Origin: Syntrophales bacterium
GTDB taxonomy: Bacteria > Desulfobacterota > Syntrophia > Syntrophales > PHBD01
Length of the DNA stretch: 64,000 nt
Assembly: GCA_963668175.1 (NCBI GenBank)
Contig: OY764159.1
Coordinates: 480,001-544,000 of the forward strand
Reading direction: 5' to 3'
Shown piece by piece: positions 1 through 11,528 of the stretch; the stretch's first letter is position 1, and each line of letters starts with the position of its first letter. The translations under genes and the position numbers were made by a program. The notes under the pieces are model-generated. The model was not told the origin of the DNA. It saw only the letters and a program-made list of their open reading frames with translations, and searched no databases.

Positions 1-966
1 GCCGAAATCGTTCACGACAACTTTCGCACCTCTTTTCGCCAGATTCAGGGCGTATGTCCTGCCCAGGCCGCCCCCGGCACCGGTCACAACGGCCACGCGC
101 CCGTCGAAGCGTATACGATCGTCCGGAATATCACCGTACTCGAATACGCCGTTGTCGATGACCGCTTCGCCGGTCTTCGTATTCGCAACCCGCCAGAGGG
201 CCCGCCCATCGCCCGCATTCCATATTTGTACCGCAATGGGGTCTCCGGGATAGAGGGGGCGGGTGAACCGGCAGAACATCCGTCTGGCCTTTTCGGGCCG
301 TCCGGGAATCAGGCTGGCTATCAAGGCCCGGCATGCAAACCCGTGCGTGCAGAGGCCGTGCATGATCGGCCTCTCGTAGCCGACCGTCCGGGCAAACTCC
401 GGATCGACGTGCAACGGGAAACGGTCCCCGGACAAGCGGTAAAGCAGTGGCTGATCCGGCGACGGTGATATGTCAACGGTGAAATCGGCCGGTCTGTCAG
501 GAAATTCGGTTATGGCCGTCTGTGGTCCCGGCTCACCGCCGAATCCCCCGTCGAAGCGACCGAATATCTTTACGATATTGGTGAAAAGTTCTTGGCCGTT
601 GGAGTGGCGGGTATGGCCTTCGGCGACAATCACGGCGCCTTTGGAGCCCTTGTCGAAATAATGAAGAATACGGCCTTCCGTCGTCATGGTTCCCGAGGTG
701 GGAATCGGACGATGAAAAATGAGATCCTGTTCCCCATGCAGCATGCCTGCAAAATTGACATGGGACTCCGTCGCAACCAGGCCCAAAAAATCGAAGACCG
801 ACGCGATGGCAAAACTGGGGATGACCTTGAGATTCTTTTCATAGACATAGTCAAGATCCGTAAACCCCGCCCCCACTCCCAGGGCATACAGGATTACGTC
901 CTGCTGATCGTATATCTTCGTGACGGGGCCGAGTTTTTTACCGACTGCATCGAAATTGAGTGCCAT
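1..966 (-). CDS. MaoC-type enoyl-CoA hydratase 2 fused to an SDR dehydrogenase (multifunctional beta-oxidation enzyme); 3' end runs off the window
   Basis: Manual translation from ATG 966 (GGGAGG upstream): MALNFDAVGKK...YALGVG...LYRLSGDRFPLHVDPEFA...HGLCTHG (hydratase-2 motif), then RFDGRVAVVTGAGGGLGRTYA...VVVNDFG (SDR Rossmann motif). Absent from the ORF track because it has no stop in the window. Confidence 0.9.
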   Translation of the reverse strand, partial: MALNFDAVGKKLGPVTKIYDQQDVILYALGVGAGFTDLDYVYEKNLKVIPSFAIASVFDFLGLVATESHVNFAGMLHGEQDLIFHRPIPTSGTMTTEGRILHYFDKGSKGAVIVAEGHTRHSNGQELFTNIVKIFGRFDGGFGGEPGPQTAITEFPDRPADFTVDISPSPDQPLLYRLSGDRFPLHVDPEFARTVGYERPIMHGLCTHGFACRALIASLIPGRPEKARRMFCRFTRPLYPGDPIAVQIWNAGDGRALWRVANTKTGEAVIDNGVFEYGDIPDDRIRFDGRVAVVTGAGGGLGRTYALNLAKRGAKVVVNDFG

Positions 967-1145
967 CTGAATACCTCCCTTGCGTCTTGCCGAAAAACAC
1001 TTTTCGGCTGCTTACATATGGCGACCGCACAGAAACTGCAACGGCGACAGAAAAGAAAGAGCTCTATAGGCCGACCGAAAGCACCCCCGCAAAACGGCGG
1101 ACGATCCGGCGGCTGCAACCTGACATCAGAAATATTTGCTGCTTT

Positions 1146-1808
1146 TCAGAACTTGGTATCTTTCCGTCCTGATCCTTGCTTCTCGTCACGTTTCGCAAAA
1201 GCGGGGATCAGAACGAATTTCAGAGCGTCTTTGACGAGCCGGATATATGCTTCTTTTTCGAGATCGACCATGGCCCGAAACGAATGCTCTCCGGACACAA
1301 AACTGTGAATCCCGTTCATGACGACAAGGACCTCCATCATGGCCCGGGGCGAGGTTTTCCTGGCGTCCGCCGTGAGATTCATGGAACGGGCAATGTCCCC
1401 CGTAAACTCCGGGACATTAAAATCAAGATTGGCTTCATGACGGGTTTTCCCGTAATGACGAAAGAGAATAAGGTTGGAAATTTCCGGATGATCGAAGAGA
1501 TAATCCGTCATCATATCGATGGCGATCGCCATTCTTTCGGTCAAGGGACGGCCGTGGATGATCTTTTCCACATCCCGCAAACTTTGTCCAAGGTCTCTGT
1601 TGATATCGAGGATGACGGCCTCGTAGAGGTCTTTCTTCTCTCCCCAGTGGTAATGCAGGGTCGAGATATCGATTCCGGCTTCCTGGGCGATCATCCGGGT
1701 CGTCGTGCCATGGAAACCGTATTCGCCGAAGACCCGGCGGGCGCAGGCGAGAATTTTCGCCTTCATGGAATCCGGATCGCGGCGGGCTTTTTCCAGGGGG
1801 CTATCCAT
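1146..1808 (-). CDS. TetR/AcrR family transcriptional regulator
   Basis: KILACARRVFGEYGFHGTTTRMIAQEAGIDISTLHYHW TetR HTH. Start placed at ATG 1808; the ORF is open to 1865. Confidence 0.9.
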   Translation of the reverse strand: MDSPLEKARRDPDSMKAKILACARRVFGEYGFHGTTTRMIAQEAGIDISTLHYHWGEKKDLYEAVILDINRDLGQSLRDVEKIIHGRPLTERMAIAIDMMTDYLFDHPEISNLILFRHYGKTRHEANLDFNVPEFTGDIARSMNLTADARKTSPRAMMEVLVVMNGIHSFVSGEHSFRAMVDLEKEAYIRLVKDALKFVLIPAFAKRDEKQGSGRKDTKF

Positions 1809-1957
1809 AAAGCCTGACCTCGCAGAAAGACGGTGACGTGCAGTCCCATCTATTGATTCCATCAAATGATGGGCTTAGATTACGAGATGTTGCCTTTGAA
1901 GTCAAATCGAAATTTATCTTTTTTCGACTGTGGATGGGAAGGATAATGCCCGGTAGC

Positions 1958-2575
1958 TCAAGAGATGTTCAGCAATGCTTCCGGGGTGTCCAAAAGAAAA
2001 TCCGGTGCGGACCTGGCCAACCTGTCCCGGTCGTGCCAGCCCCAGGTCACGCCCACCGATCTGACACCGGCCATTTTCGCCTCAAGGATGTCGCCGACCG
2101 TGTCCCCGATGTAGAAGGTCCGGTCCCTGGCCATGCCGTATTTCTCAATGGCATAGTCGATCTTCTCTTTCTTGCTATAGAGAAAATCCGACCCGAGGAT
2201 CTCTTCAAAATAACTGTCGAAACGATGCGGGGACAGGGCCCTGCGGATGGCCTGCGATCCGTTGGACGAGATAATGACCAGGATATGTTCCTTTCTCATG
2301 ATGTCCAATACCGGAAATACATTCAGGTACGGCTTGATATCATTGTAGTCGACCTGGGCGAGGATGCGCCCTGACGCCCTCGAAAAGGCCTTCAGGTCGA
2401 CCCCTTTCTTCTCCAGGGCCTCATAGAAATTTTCATCGAAGAGTTCGAGAAACTCCTCCCGGCTGCTGATAATCGGCTGGCCGATTTGCTTAAGACAGAG
2501 CGTTACCGTTTTTTCGTAGACGCTAAGGGACTCGACCAAAACGCCGTCGAAATCGAAAAGAAAAAGGTTTTTCAT
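1958..2575 (-). CDS. HAD-superfamily hydrolase (phosphoglycolate phosphatase-like)
   Basis: FDFDGVL motif I, ISSN motif II, YIGDTVGD motif IV. Confidence 0.9.
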   Translation of the reverse strand: MKNLFLFDFDGVLVESLSVYEKTVTLCLKQIGQPIISSREEFLELFDENFYEALEKKGVDLKAFSRASGRILAQVDYNDIKPYLNVFPVLDIMRKEHILVIISSNGSQAIRRALSPHRFDSYFEEILGSDFLYSKKEKIDYAIEKYGMARDRTFYIGDTVGDILEAKMAGVRSVGVTWGWHDRDRLARSAPDFLLDTPEALLNIS

Positions 2576-2635
2576 AGGATGAGGTTCTTCGCGTTGCTGC
2601 CTTCAGATGTATTTTATACCCGGAGGAACGACCGG

Positions 2636-3688
2636 CTAAACTGCTTTATGCTTAGCGTTTACAAGCTTTTTAATGTTCCCGCGAAAAGGCGGGAAGATGA
2701 CCCCCTCTTCGGTAACGATGGCCGTAATCAAACGATGGGGCGTGACGTCGAAAGCCGGGTTATAGACATCGACGCCCTTCGGGGCTATTTTAACACCCTG
2801 GATGGATGTCACTTCCGCAGCATTACGCTCTTCGATAGGAATGTCCGCCCCGGTCTTGACGGAGATATCGATCGTGGAAAGCGGCGCGGCGATATAGAAG
2901 GGTATTTTGTTCGCCCTGGCCAAAACGGAAAGCGAATAGGTGCCGATCTTATTGGCCGTATCGCCGTTGGCGGCAATCCGGTCCGCCCCGACGATCACCC
3001 TGTCTATCTTCCCCCGGCTCATGAGAAAGCCGGCCATATTGTCCGTAATCAGGGTGGCGGGGATCTTTTCCTTCATAAGCTCCCAGGCGGTCAGCCTTGC
3101 TCCCTGCAGCACCGGTCTCGTTTCGTCCACATAGACGTGGATCGATTTCCCCTGGTCGCGCGCCGCGCGGATAACGCCCAGCGCGGTCCCGTATCCGGCC
3201 GTCGCCAGCGCCCCTGCATTGCAGTGGGTCAGAAGCCGGTCCCCGTCGGCAATCAGCAATTGCCCGTGCATGCCCATTCTCCGGTTGATGGCGATATCTT
3301 CATCGCAGATCCGGACGGCTTCGCGGATAAGGGCATCCTTGATTTCCTGTGGTTTCGCCGGGAGCAAGGATTCAAAGCAGCGTTTCATGCTTTCGATGGC
3401 CCAGAAGAGATTCCTGGCGGTCGGCCGGGTGCGCGCAAAGGCATCGCATATCCGGTAAAAACACGTGGACAGGACGCTAGGCTTCATCACATTAAGCTGC
3501 GATACCCCGAGGGCGATCCCCAAGGCGGCGGCCACGCCGATGGCCGGGGCGCCCCGGACGGTCAAGTCGTTGATAGCGGCGATGACCTGCTCGTATCGCT
3601 TGCATACCGCGTAGCGCTCCACGCCGGGCAGGGCTTTCTGGTCAATCATGACGACCGTGCCGTCTTGCCAGTAGAGGGTGCGAATCAT
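2636..3688 (-). CDS. mtnA: S-methyl-5-thioribose-1-phosphate isomerase
   Basis: [54 protein letters not shown]. Confidence 0.95.
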   Translation of the reverse strand: MIRTLYWQDGTVVMIDQKALPGVERYAVCKRYEQVIAAINDLTVRGAPAIGVAAALGIALGVSQLNVMKPSVLSTCFYRICDAFARTRPTARNLFWAIESMKRCFESLLPAKPQEIKDALIREAVRICDEDIAINRRMGMHGQLLIADGDRLLTHCNAGALATAGYGTALGVIRAARDQGKSIHVYVDETRPVLQGARLTAWELMKEKIPATLITDNMAGFLMSRGKIDRVIVGADRIAANGDTANKIGTYSLSVLARANKIPFYIAAPLSTIDISVKTGADIPIEERNAAEVTSIQGVKIAPKGVDVYNPAFDVTPHRLITAIVTEEGVIFPPFRGNIKKLVNAKHKAV

Positions 3689-5118
3689 GACTCGGCCAGC
3701 ATCCTGGTTAGAAGTTCGTTGATCAACTGCGGATTGGCCTTCCCCTGCGTGGCCTTCATGACCTGGCCGACGAAATATCCGAAAAGCTTATCTTTTCCCG
3801 CCTTGAACTGGCTGAGCTGGTTGGGGTTGGCCGCGATCACGGACGCGATGATCTTCGCCAGTTCTCCTTCGTCGGTAATCTGCACGAGGCTTTTCTCCTT
3901 GATAATCGCCTCCGGTGACTTGCCCGTCTTGTACATGGCTTCAATGACCTCTTTGGCGATTTTGCCGCTGATCGTGCCGTTCTCGATAAGCTGGATCATG
4001 TCCGCCAGGGCGGCCGGCGAAATGGGGCATTCCTTGATGCTTCGCTTGTCTTCGTTGAGAAAGCGGAGCACATCGCCCATGACCCAGTTGCTCGCTATTT
4101 TTGGCTTTCCGGACAGGCGGACCACCTCTTCATAATACTCGGCCAGGGCCTTGCTGGTCGTCAACACGCCGGCATCGTAGGGCGGTATCTGGTATTCCCG
4201 GACGAACCGCTCTCTCTTTTCCAGCGGCAATTCGGGAAGCATTGCTTTCAGGTCGGCGATCCAGGCGTCGCTGATCTGGATCTGCACAAGGTCCGGATCG
4301 GGAAAGTAGCGGTAATCGTGGGCCTCTTCCTTGCCCCGCATGGAATTGGTGACCCCCTGGCTGTCGTCCCAGAGCCTCGTCTCCTGGACCACTTCTCCGC
4401 CGCCCTCCAGGATATACTGCTGGCGCTTGATCTCGTATTCCAGCGCCCGCTGGACGTTCCGGAAAGAGTTCATGTTCTTGAGCTCGGTTCTCGTCCCGAA
4501 GGCATCCCGCCCTTTAGGCCGGATCGAAATGTTGGCGTCGCACCGGAAACTGCCCTCTTCCATGTTGCCGTCGCAGATCTCGAGATAGACGAGTATCTCA
4601 TGCAGTCGATGGAGATAGGCGGCGGCTTCGGCGGCGCTCCTGATGTCCGGTTCGCTGACGATCTCGATGAGAGGTACGCCCGTGCGGTTCAAATCGACGT
4701 AACTGGAAGGATAGCGCTCGTCATGAATCAGCTTGCCTGCATCTTCCTCCATGTGGATGCGCGTTATCCCGATCCGTTTCTTGCCGCCGTTCTCCTCGAC
4801 GTCGATCCAGCCGTGTTCCGCAAGGGGAAAGGCGTATTGTGATATCTGGTAGCCCTTGGGCAGGTCCGGATAAAAATAGTTCTTCCGGGCATAACTGCTG
4901 GAGGGGTTGATGCGGCAATTCGTCGCCAGCGACATTTTCATCGCAAACTCAACGACCTTTTTATTAAGCACGGGTAAGACGCCGGGCATCCCAAGGCAGA
5001 CGGGACAGGTGAGACTGTTTGGCGAAGCCCCGAATTTTGTTGAACAACCACAGAATATCTTCGAGTCCGTCAGTAGCTGGGCATGCACCTCCAGCCCGAT
5101 TACCGGTTCGTATTCCAT
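3685..5118 (-). CDS. gatB: Asp-tRNA(Asn)/Glu-tRNA(Gln) amidotransferase subunit B
   Basis: [37 protein letters not shown]. Confidence 0.98.
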   Translation of the reverse strand: MEYEPVIGLEVHAQLLTDSKIFCGCSTKFGASPNSLTCPVCLGMPGVLPVLNKKVVEFAMKMSLATNCRINPSSSYARKNYFYPDLPKGYQISQYAFPLAEHGWIDVEENGGKKRIGITRIHMEEDAGKLIHDERYPSSYVDLNRTGVPLIEIVSEPDIRSAAEAAAYLHRLHEILVYLEICDGNMEEGSFRCDANISIRPKGRDAFGTRTELKNMNSFRNVQRALEYEIKRQQYILEGGGEVVQETRLWDDSQGVTNSMRGKEEAHDYRYFPDPDLVQIQISDAWIADLKAMLPELPLEKRERFVREYQIPPYDAGVLTTSKALAEYYEEVVRLSGKPKIASNWVMGDVLRFLNEDKRSIKECPISPAALADMIQLIENGTISGKIAKEVIEAMYKTGKSPEAIIKEKSLVQITDEGELAKIIASVIAANPNQLSQFKAGKDKLFGYFVGQVMKATQGKANPQLINELLTRMLAES

Positions 5119-6575
5119 TACAGATTCGGTCTCCTTTTCTCGATTTTCGCATTCTTTTCATAGACGGCGGCAAACTGCAGCAGCTTTCCTTCCTCGAAGT
5201 GTCCCGCCTGAAACTGAACGCCGATCGGCAAACCCGACGCCGTATACCCGCAGGGAACAGACATGCCAGGAATACCGGCCAGATTGGTCGATATGGTGAA
5301 GATGTCGGACAGGTACATCTGCAGGGGATCGTCCATCTTCTCGCCGATTTTGAAGGCGGCCGTCGGCGACGTCGGCGTCAGGATGACATCGCATTTCTTA
5401 AAAGCGTCGTCAAAATCTTTGCGGATCAGGGCCCGCACCTGCGAGGCCTTTTTGTAATAAGCGTCGTAATAACCTGAGGAAAGAACATACGTGCCGAGCA
5501 TGATGCGCCTTTTTACCTCCGCTCCGAAGCCCTCGGAACGGGTCTTTTTGTACATCCCCATGAGATCGCTCTCCGCTTCCGTCCGGTAGCCGTACTTGAC
5601 GCCGTCGTACCGGGCCAGGTTGGAGCTTGCCTCCGCCGGCGCCACGATGTAGTAGACGGCAAGGCAGTATTCCGTATGGGGCAGGGACACGTCTATGCAC
5701 TTCGCCCCGCTGGCTTCGACGACACTGATAACCTTGCGGACCGCCTGCTCGACATCGGGATCGATGCCTTCGATAAAATACTCCTTCGGGATACCTACGG
5801 TCCAGCCGTCAATCCCCCGACCCAGGAACTGCCGGTAGTCGGGAACCTCTATCGGCACAGACGTCGATTCTTTCGGATCGTAGCCGGCCAGGACGTTCAT
5901 CATGATCGCGCAATCCTCCACGTCCTTCGTGAAGGGGCCTATCTGATCCAGTGAAGAAGCAAAGGCGACAAGACCGAAACGGGACACACGGCCATACGTA
6001 GGCTTCAGGCCCACGATACCGCAGAGGGCCGCCGGCTGACGGATCGACCCTCCTGTATCCGACCCGAGCGAGGCGATACATTCATCGGCCGCCAGGGCCG
6101 CCGCCGAACCGCCGCTGGAACCTCCGGGAATCCTCTCGATATCCCAGGGGTTGCGGGTCACGCCGAAATAGGATGTCTCCGTCGATGAGCCCATGGCGAA
6201 TTCGTCCATGTTCGTCTTGCCCGTAAACACGGCACCTGCGGCGCGCAGCTTTTCGACGATAGTGGCATTGTAGGGAGGGACGAAATTATGGAGAATCCTC
6301 GACCCGCAGGTCGTGCGCAGGCCTTTTGTACAATAGATGTCCTTCAGGGCGATGGGGATACCTGTAAGCGCAACGATGTCGCCTTTCTTGATGGCGAGAT
6401 CCGCTTCCGCCGCCTGTTCGAACGCGGCTTCCCTCAACAGCGTAATGTAGGCATGAACGCGCTCCTCCACGGCGTCGATCCGCTTGAAAACGGACGAAAC
6501 GATATCCGTGGATGAAACCGCCCCTGCCTTGATTTTGTCCATCAACTCATGGATGGTTGACTCGTAAAGTTCCAT
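5118..6575 (-). CDS. gatA: Asp-tRNA(Asn)/Glu-tRNA(Gln) amidotransferase subunit A
   Basis: [34 protein letters not shown] amidase signature. Confidence 0.98.
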   Translation of the reverse strand: MELYESTIHELMDKIKAGAVSSTDIVSSVFKRIDAVEERVHAYITLLREAAFEQAAEADLAIKKGDIVALTGIPIALKDIYCTKGLRTTCGSRILHNFVPPYNATIVEKLRAAGAVFTGKTNMDEFAMGSSTETSYFGVTRNPWDIERIPGGSSGGSAAALAADECIASLGSDTGGSIRQPAALCGIVGLKPTYGRVSRFGLVAFASSLDQIGPFTKDVEDCAIMMNVLAGYDPKESTSVPIEVPDYRQFLGRGIDGWTVGIPKEYFIEGIDPDVEQAVRKVISVVEASGAKCIDVSLPHTEYCLAVYYIVAPAEASSNLARYDGVKYGYRTEAESDLMGMYKKTRSEGFGAEVKRRIMLGTYVLSSGYYDAYYKKASQVRALIRKDFDDAFKKCDVILTPTSPTAAFKIGEKMDDPLQMYLSDIFTISTNLAGIPGMSVPCGYTASGLPIGVQFQAGHFEEGKLLQFAAVYEKNAKIEKRRPNL

Positions 6576-6671
6576 GTTGTCTCCTGTTTGACTGTAACCC
6601 GGGAAATAACGACTGTTTCAGATATATCGGATTCGGGCCGGCCTTGCAATCGGCAAAGTCTGCATAGCGGC

Positions 6672-6959
6672 CTATTCGATGACTTTCGGTACACGGAAAT
6701 ACTCGCCCCGGGGGTCGGGCGCATTGGCCAGCGACTCATCGGTCGCGAGCGAGACCTTGACGGCATCGTCCCTGAAGGCGTTGTTCAGGGCTATGGCATG
6801 GCTCATGGGTTCGACGCCGCCGGTATCGGCCTGGTTCAGTTTGTCCATGTACATGAGAATATTGTCCAACTGGGAGGTGAATTTCACTTTTTCCTCTTCC
6901 GTAAATTCCAGCCGCGCCAAATGGGCGACGTGCTCCACTTCCTTCTTGTCGATCTTCAA
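6672..6959 (-). CDS. gatC: amidotransferase subunit C
   Basis: EVEHVAHLARL...YFRVPKVIE. TTG start with GGAGG RBS; upstream of gatAB. Confidence 0.95.
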   Translation of the reverse strand: MKIDKKEVEHVAHLARLEFTEEEKVKFTSQLDNILMYMDKLNQADTGGVEPMSHAIALNNAFRDDAVKVSLATDESLANAPDPRGEYFRVPKVIE

Positions 6960-6971
6960 AACAATCCTCCG

Positions 6972-8024
6972 TCAAAATACCATCCACATAGGTTCAAGTT
7001 GCTGGATAACGCGGCTGATGAGGGCGTCCCTCGAATGATCGGCCTCGCTTAACGTTTGCTGGATTTGCGCCTCCGTAACCCTGGTCTCCCCGCGCATCTC
7101 CAGAAGTACCGCTTTCACCGACTTGGCAAGCCCCGTCACATGGTAGCCCCCTTCGAGTACGGCGACCAGCCTATCGCTGCAGCATTGCTCGGCGATGTCC
7201 ATGAGAACACGGGTCAGGTTGGCAAACCCTTGGGGAGTCACTTTCATCCCTCCCAGCGGGTCCTGAAAGTAAATATCGAATCCTGCCGAAAGCAAGACCA
7301 TATCCGGTTTAAATGCCATCGCCAGGGGCTCAAGGATACTCTTGTATATTTTTAAATAGACGGCATCGTCGGCGCCGGCACTGAGCGGCACGTTGACCGT
7401 ATAGCCGTTCCCCTGCCCCCGGCCGGTCTCGCTCACCGCCCCGGAACCGGGATAGTAAGGATACTGGTGCGTTGAAAAATAAAGGACCTGGGGATCATCG
7501 TAAAAAATGGACTGGGTGCCGTCGCCATGGTGCAGGTCCCAATCGACAATCAATATTCTGTGCATGTTGTGCTTACGGATGGCGTATCGGGCACCGACGG
7601 CGACATTGTTGAAAATACAGAAGCCTGCCGCTTCATCCTTGTGAGCATGGTGACCGGGCGGCCGGATTAAGGCGAAGGCATTGCGGACCTCTCCGGCAAC
7701 AACGGCATCGATGGCATTACAGACGCCGCCGACCGCCAGTTTCGCAGTATCATAAGAATCCGCCGTCGTTTCCGTATCGGGATCGAGAGAGTAATAGGCC
7801 TGCCCCGCTGTTCCGGCTATCAGTTGTATATAAGACGGCGTATGGACGGCGGCCAGTTCTTCGTGAGAGGCGTATCGCGATGGGATATCCACGAATTTTC
7901 CGACCATGTCGTGGACATCCAGCATGTTGTAGATCGCCTCCAGCCTTTTCGGCGATTCGGGATGATAATCCGTACCGTGACGGTAGTACCTTCGGTCCCG
8001 TACAATGCCCGTTTCTGAAAACAA
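6972..8024 (-). CDS. histone deacetylase family protein (acetylpolyamine/lysine deacetylase)
   Basis: HPESPKRL, RPPGHHA, GFCIFNN, DWDLHHGDGTQ, LEGGY. Confidence 0.93.
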   Translation of the reverse strand: MFSETGIVRDRRYYRHGTDYHPESPKRLEAIYNMLDVHDMVGKFVDIPSRYASHEELAAVHTPSYIQLIAGTAGQAYYSLDPDTETTADSYDTAKLAVGGVCNAIDAVVAGEVRNAFALIRPPGHHAHKDEAAGFCIFNNVAVGARYAIRKHNMHRILIVDWDLHHGDGTQSIFYDDPQVLYFSTHQYPYYPGSGAVSETGRGQGNGYTVNVPLSAGADDAVYLKIYKSILEPLAMAFKPDMVLLSAGFDIYFQDPLGGMKVTPQGFANLTRVLMDIAEQCCSDRLVAVLEGGYHVTGLAKSVKAVLLEMRGETRVTEAQIQQTLSEADHSRDALISRVIQQLEPMWMVF

Positions 8025-8135
8025 ACCTCTACCTTCCCTTTCCTGCTGCCAGCCTCAATAAACGACCCATTTACCTATCACAGGAAACGCCAAAACGCAA
8101 AATATTTCGGCCATCACCGCCTTTCTTAAAATCCA

Positions 8136-8165
8136 TTGACAAACCAATTGGCCTATATATATAGT
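8136..8165 (+). promoter_or_regulatory. putative sigma-70 promoter for the tat operon
   Basis: TTGACA (8136-8141), 18-nt spacer, TATAGT (8160-8165). Confidence 0.55.
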
Positions 8166-8189
8166 TTGCGGCAAATATGAAGGCTTGAC

Positions 8190-8510
8190 ATGTTTGGTAT
8201 CGGCATCACAGAATTAATCATCATCGCAATTGTCGCCCTGCTGGTCGTGGGTCCAAAGAGGCTTCCCGATTTGGCCAAGTCTATGGGCAAAGGCTTGTCG
8301 GAGTTCAAAAGGGCGGCGGACGATGTAACCGACGGCATCAAGGAAAGCCTGCAGACGGATGACGTTAAAGCGCATACGACCGATATGAAGGAAACACCGA
8401 CGCACAGTCAACAGACAACCGAACCCCCACCGCCTCCTTCCGATCCGGCCGCTGACACTTCGAAGAAAGCGGACCCTTATGCGGAACATAAATCAAGCTC
8501 CCCTAAATAA
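8190..8510 (+). CDS. tatB: twin-arginine translocase TatA/TatB family subunit
   Basis: MFGIGITELIIIAIVALLVVGPKRLPDLAKSMGKGLSEFKRA; directly upstream of tatC. Confidence 0.85.
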   Translation: MFGIGITELIIIAIVALLVVGPKRLPDLAKSMGKGLSEFKRAADDVTDGIKESLQTDDVKAHTTDMKETPTHSQQTTEPPPPPSDPAADTSKKADPYAEHKSSSPK

Positions 8511-8531
8511 ACTGATCGCTTATTCGACCTT

Positions 8532-9299
8532 ATGACCGATTCAAACGACGAAAAAATGCCTTTAACTGCCCATCTGGAGGAATTCAGAAAACGGCTTATC
8601 CGGGTTCTTATAGGACTTGCCATCGGATTTGGCGTTTGCTGGTACTGGCGGGATATACTCTTTAATATCATTACGAGACCGCTCGCCCAGGTTCTTCCGA
8701 AAACGAGCTACATGATCTACACGGGATTGCCGGAGGCTTTCTTCATTTATATGAAAATTGCGCTTTTCGGGTCCCTGCTTCTTACAAGCCCGTATACACT
8801 CTACCAGATATGGAAATTCATTTCCCCGGGACTGTACAAGTCGGAAAAGAGGTATGTCTTTCCTTTCGTTCTTTCGTCGAGCCTCCTTTTCATAGGCGGC
8901 GTCCTTTTTGGATACTATATCGCCCTGCCGCCGGCGTTCGCTTTCTTCGTCGAATTTTCATCCGATTTTTTAAAGCCGATGATCTCGTTCAGGGAATATC
9001 TGTCGCTCATCCTGAAATTCCTGCTTTCCTTCGGACTCTGTTTTGAAATGCCTGTGTTCATCTTCTTCCTGGCCAAGGTCGGCATCGTCAACGCCAAGAT
9101 GCTCTCCAAGCAGAGACGGTATGCCATCCTGATCATCTTTATCGCCGCCGCTATTCTGACCCCGTCGCCTGATGCCATGAGCCAGATTATCATGGCCATC
9201 CCATTGATGGTCCTTTACGAAATCAGCATCTTCGTCGCCCGGTTCGCCGGCAGGAAAAAGGCCGCGGCTGATAAAGAGACGGAACAGGAAACGATATGA
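8532..9299 (+). CDS. tatC: twin-arginine translocase subunit TatC
   Basis: MPLTAHLEEFRKRL, WKFISPGLY, FEMPV, AILTPSPD. Confidence 0.97.
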   Translation: MTDSNDEKMPLTAHLEEFRKRLIRVLIGLAIGFGVCWYWRDILFNIITRPLAQVLPKTSYMIYTGLPEAFFIYMKIALFGSLLLTSPYTLYQIWKFISPGLYKSEKRYVFPFVLSSSLLFIGGVLFGYYIALPPAFAFFVEFSSDFLKPMISFREYLSLILKFLLSFGLCFEMPVFIFFLAKVGIVNAKMLSKQRRYAILIIFIAAAILTPSPDAMSQIIMAIPLMVLYEISIFVARFAGRKKAAADKETEQETI

Positions 9300-11335
9300 C
9301 GAGAAGAAGAGGAGCCAGACTGTCCCAATTTTTGGATTCCCGTTTTTTCCGGTTTCTGGTGATTTTGGGTCTTTTCGGTGCGATCATCGCGGTGATCGGG
9401 GCGGGGCTCCTGTATTATTTCATCCTGAGGGAAATGCCCAGCGTCGATGTGCTGAAAGACTATCGGCCCAGTATCTCCACGCGGATATATGGCGACAATA
9501 ACGAGCTCATCGACGAATTCTTCACCGAAGACCGTAAAGTGATTAAAATAACAGATGTCCCGCCTGTCGTCATCCATGCCTTCGTCGCCTCGGAGGATTC
9601 GAGATTTTACCATCACAAAGGCTTCGATTTCATCAGCATGGTCAGGGCTTTGTTTAAGAACCTCGAAGCGGGAAGAACCGTCCAGGGAGGAAGCACGATC
9701 ACCCAGCAGGTGGCCAAAGCCATGTATCTCTCGCCGGAAAGGAGCTACGGCAGGAAAATGCGGGAGGTGATCCTGGCGTACAAGATCGATACCTACCTGA
9801 CGAAGGACGAAATCCTCTATCTGTATCTTAATCATATCTATCTCGGTCACGGTACGTACGGGGTAGAAGCGGCATCGGAGGCCTACTTCGGAAAGAGCGC
9901 CCGCCAGCTCACGCTGCCGGAAGCGGCCATCCTGGCGGGTTTGCCGCCGGCGCCCAATAAATATTCCCCCTATCTCCATTTCGACCGGGCGCGGCAGAGA
10001 CAGACGTATGTCTTGGAAAGAATGGTGGAAAGCGGCTTTATCTCGGAAGAAGAGAGAAAGCGCGCCCTGGCGACACCGATCGTGCTCCGCTCCGCCAAAC
10101 CCAAGGACAAGGTCGCCGCTTACTTTGTGGAAAACGTCCGGCGCTATATTCAGGAAAAATACGGCAGCGATGTCCTGTATAAAGAAGGGCTGGAAGTATA
10201 CACAACACTGAATATGAACATGCAGAAAGCCGCCAGGGACGCCGTCGAAAAAGGCCTCCAGGAACTGGAGAAGCGGGAAAAATTCACGCCGGGAGAGGTC
10301 CAGGGGGCGCTGTTGTGCATGGATGTGAAAACCGGTGCCATTCAGGCCATGGTCGGGGGCAGGGATTACGGCAAAAGCGAGTTCAACAGGGCAACGCAAA
10401 TGAAGAGACAGCCGGGATCATCCTTTAAACCGTTCATCTATACGGCGGCATTGGATAAAGAGATGACGCCGTCGACCCGGATCGATGATTCGCCGATCAT
10501 GTATCCCGATCCGTCCAAGCCGGACGGTTACTGGAAACCGAAAAACTTTGACGGCAAATTCCATGGCCCGACGACGTTAAGGGATGCGTTGATCCATTCC
10601 CGCAATATCGTGACCATCAAGATCCTCGAACGGATCGGGATCGATTACGTGGCCGCTTACGCATCCAACATGGGAATAGCCTCCAATATCGACAGAAATT
10701 TGAGCATGGCCTTGGGTTCATCCGTCGTGACGCTCCAGGAAATGGTCAGGGGGTACGGCGTTCTCGCCAACGGGGGCAAGAAAGTCGCGCCATATTTTAT
10801 CAAAAAAATCGTTGATCGCACCGGTCAGGTCTTCGAAGAGAATCAGCCCAAAGTCGAACAGGTCATTGACCCCAAGATCGCTTTCATCGCAAGCTACATC
10901 ATGGAAGGGGTCATTCAGAGCGGCACCGGCACCCGCGTCAAGAGCATCGGCAGACCGGCCGCGGGGAAAACGGGCACGACCAACGACATGAGGGATGCCT
11001 GGTTCTTCGGGTTCACTCCCTCCGTGGTTGCGGGCGTCTGGGTGGGTTTCGACCAGGAAAGATACCTGGGCAAGCAGGAGGTGGGGGGAAGGGCCGCAGC
11101 GCCGATCTGGCTCTATTTCATGGAAAAAGCCGTTCAGGGCATGCCGATCGAGAGCTTCCCGATTCCGGAAGGCATCGTTTTCGTCAAAGTCAATCCCAAA
11201 ACGGGCGCGCCGTCTGCTGACGGCTCGCTCTATGAGGCATTCCTGGAAGGAACGACCCCCAGCGGCGCCGTCATTACGGACATCCGGCAAATGAAAACCC
11301 CGCCGCCCGACGATGACGACGATTCGGGCTATTGA
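9296..11335 (+). CDS. mrcA: penicillin-binding protein 1A (bifunctional transglycosylase/transpeptidase)
   Basis: EDSRFYHHKG, QGGSTITQQ, RQPGSSFKP (SxxK), SRN, KTGT. Confidence 0.93.
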   Translation: MTRRRGARLSQFLDSRFFRFLVILGLFGAIIAVIGAGLLYYFILREMPSVDVLKDYRPSISTRIYGDNNELIDEFFTEDRKVIKITDVPPVVIHAFVASEDSRFYHHKGFDFISMVRALFKNLEAGRTVQGGSTITQQVAKAMYLSPERSYGRKMREVILAYKIDTYLTKDEILYLYLNHIYLGHGTYGVEAASEAYFGKSARQLTLPEAAILAGLPPAPNKYSPYLHFDRARQRQTYVLERMVESGFISEEERKRALATPIVLRSAKPKDKVAAYFVENVRRYIQEKYGSDVLYKEGLEVYTTLNMNMQKAARDAVEKGLQELEKREKFTPGEVQGALLCMDVKTGAIQAMVGGRDYGKSEFNRATQMKRQPGSSFKPFIYTAALDKEMTPSTRIDDSPIMYPDPSKPDGYWKPKNFDGKFHGPTTLRDALIHSRNIVTIKILERIGIDYVAAYASNMGIASNIDRNLSMALGSSVVTLQEMVRGYGVLANGGKKVAPYFIKKIVDRTGQVFEENQPKVEQVIDPKIAFIASYIMEGVIQSGTGTRVKSIGRPAAGKTGTTNDMRDAWFFGFTPSVVAGVWVGFDQERYLGKQEVGGRAAAPIWLYFMEKAVQGMPIESFPIPEGIVFVKVNPKTGAPSADGSLYEAFLEGTTPSGAVITDIRQMKTPPPDDDDDSGY

Positions 11336-11355
11336 CGGATTCGTGAAAAAGACCC

Positions 11356-11383
11356 TTGACAAAAGATGCCTCTTACATATAAA
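11356..11383 (+). promoter_or_regulatory. putative sigma-70 promoter for the ilv leader
   Basis: TTGACA (11356-11361), 16-nt spacer, TATAAA (11378-11383). Confidence 0.55.
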
Positions 11384-11411
11384 GGGTGAAAATTACATGT
11401 TAGGAATATTG

Positions 11412-11507
11412 ATGGCAATGAACAGGATAAAACGCAATAGGACAAACGTACCGGGCAGCGTAGCTGTAGTCGTCGTACATACGGGGACCGCCGCCTGGCT
11501 ATGCTGA
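11412..11507 (+). CDS. putative ilv operon leader peptide (Val-rich)
   Basis: MAMNRIKRNRTNVPGSVAVVVVHTGTAAWLC*. AGGA precedes ATG 11412; Val codon cluster GTA GCT GTA GTC GTC GTA; lies directly before a terminator and ilvB. Confidence 0.7.
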   Translation: MAMNRIKRNRTNVPGSVAVVVVHTGTAAWLC

Positions 11508-11528
11508 TATCATGACATAGCTCACAAG

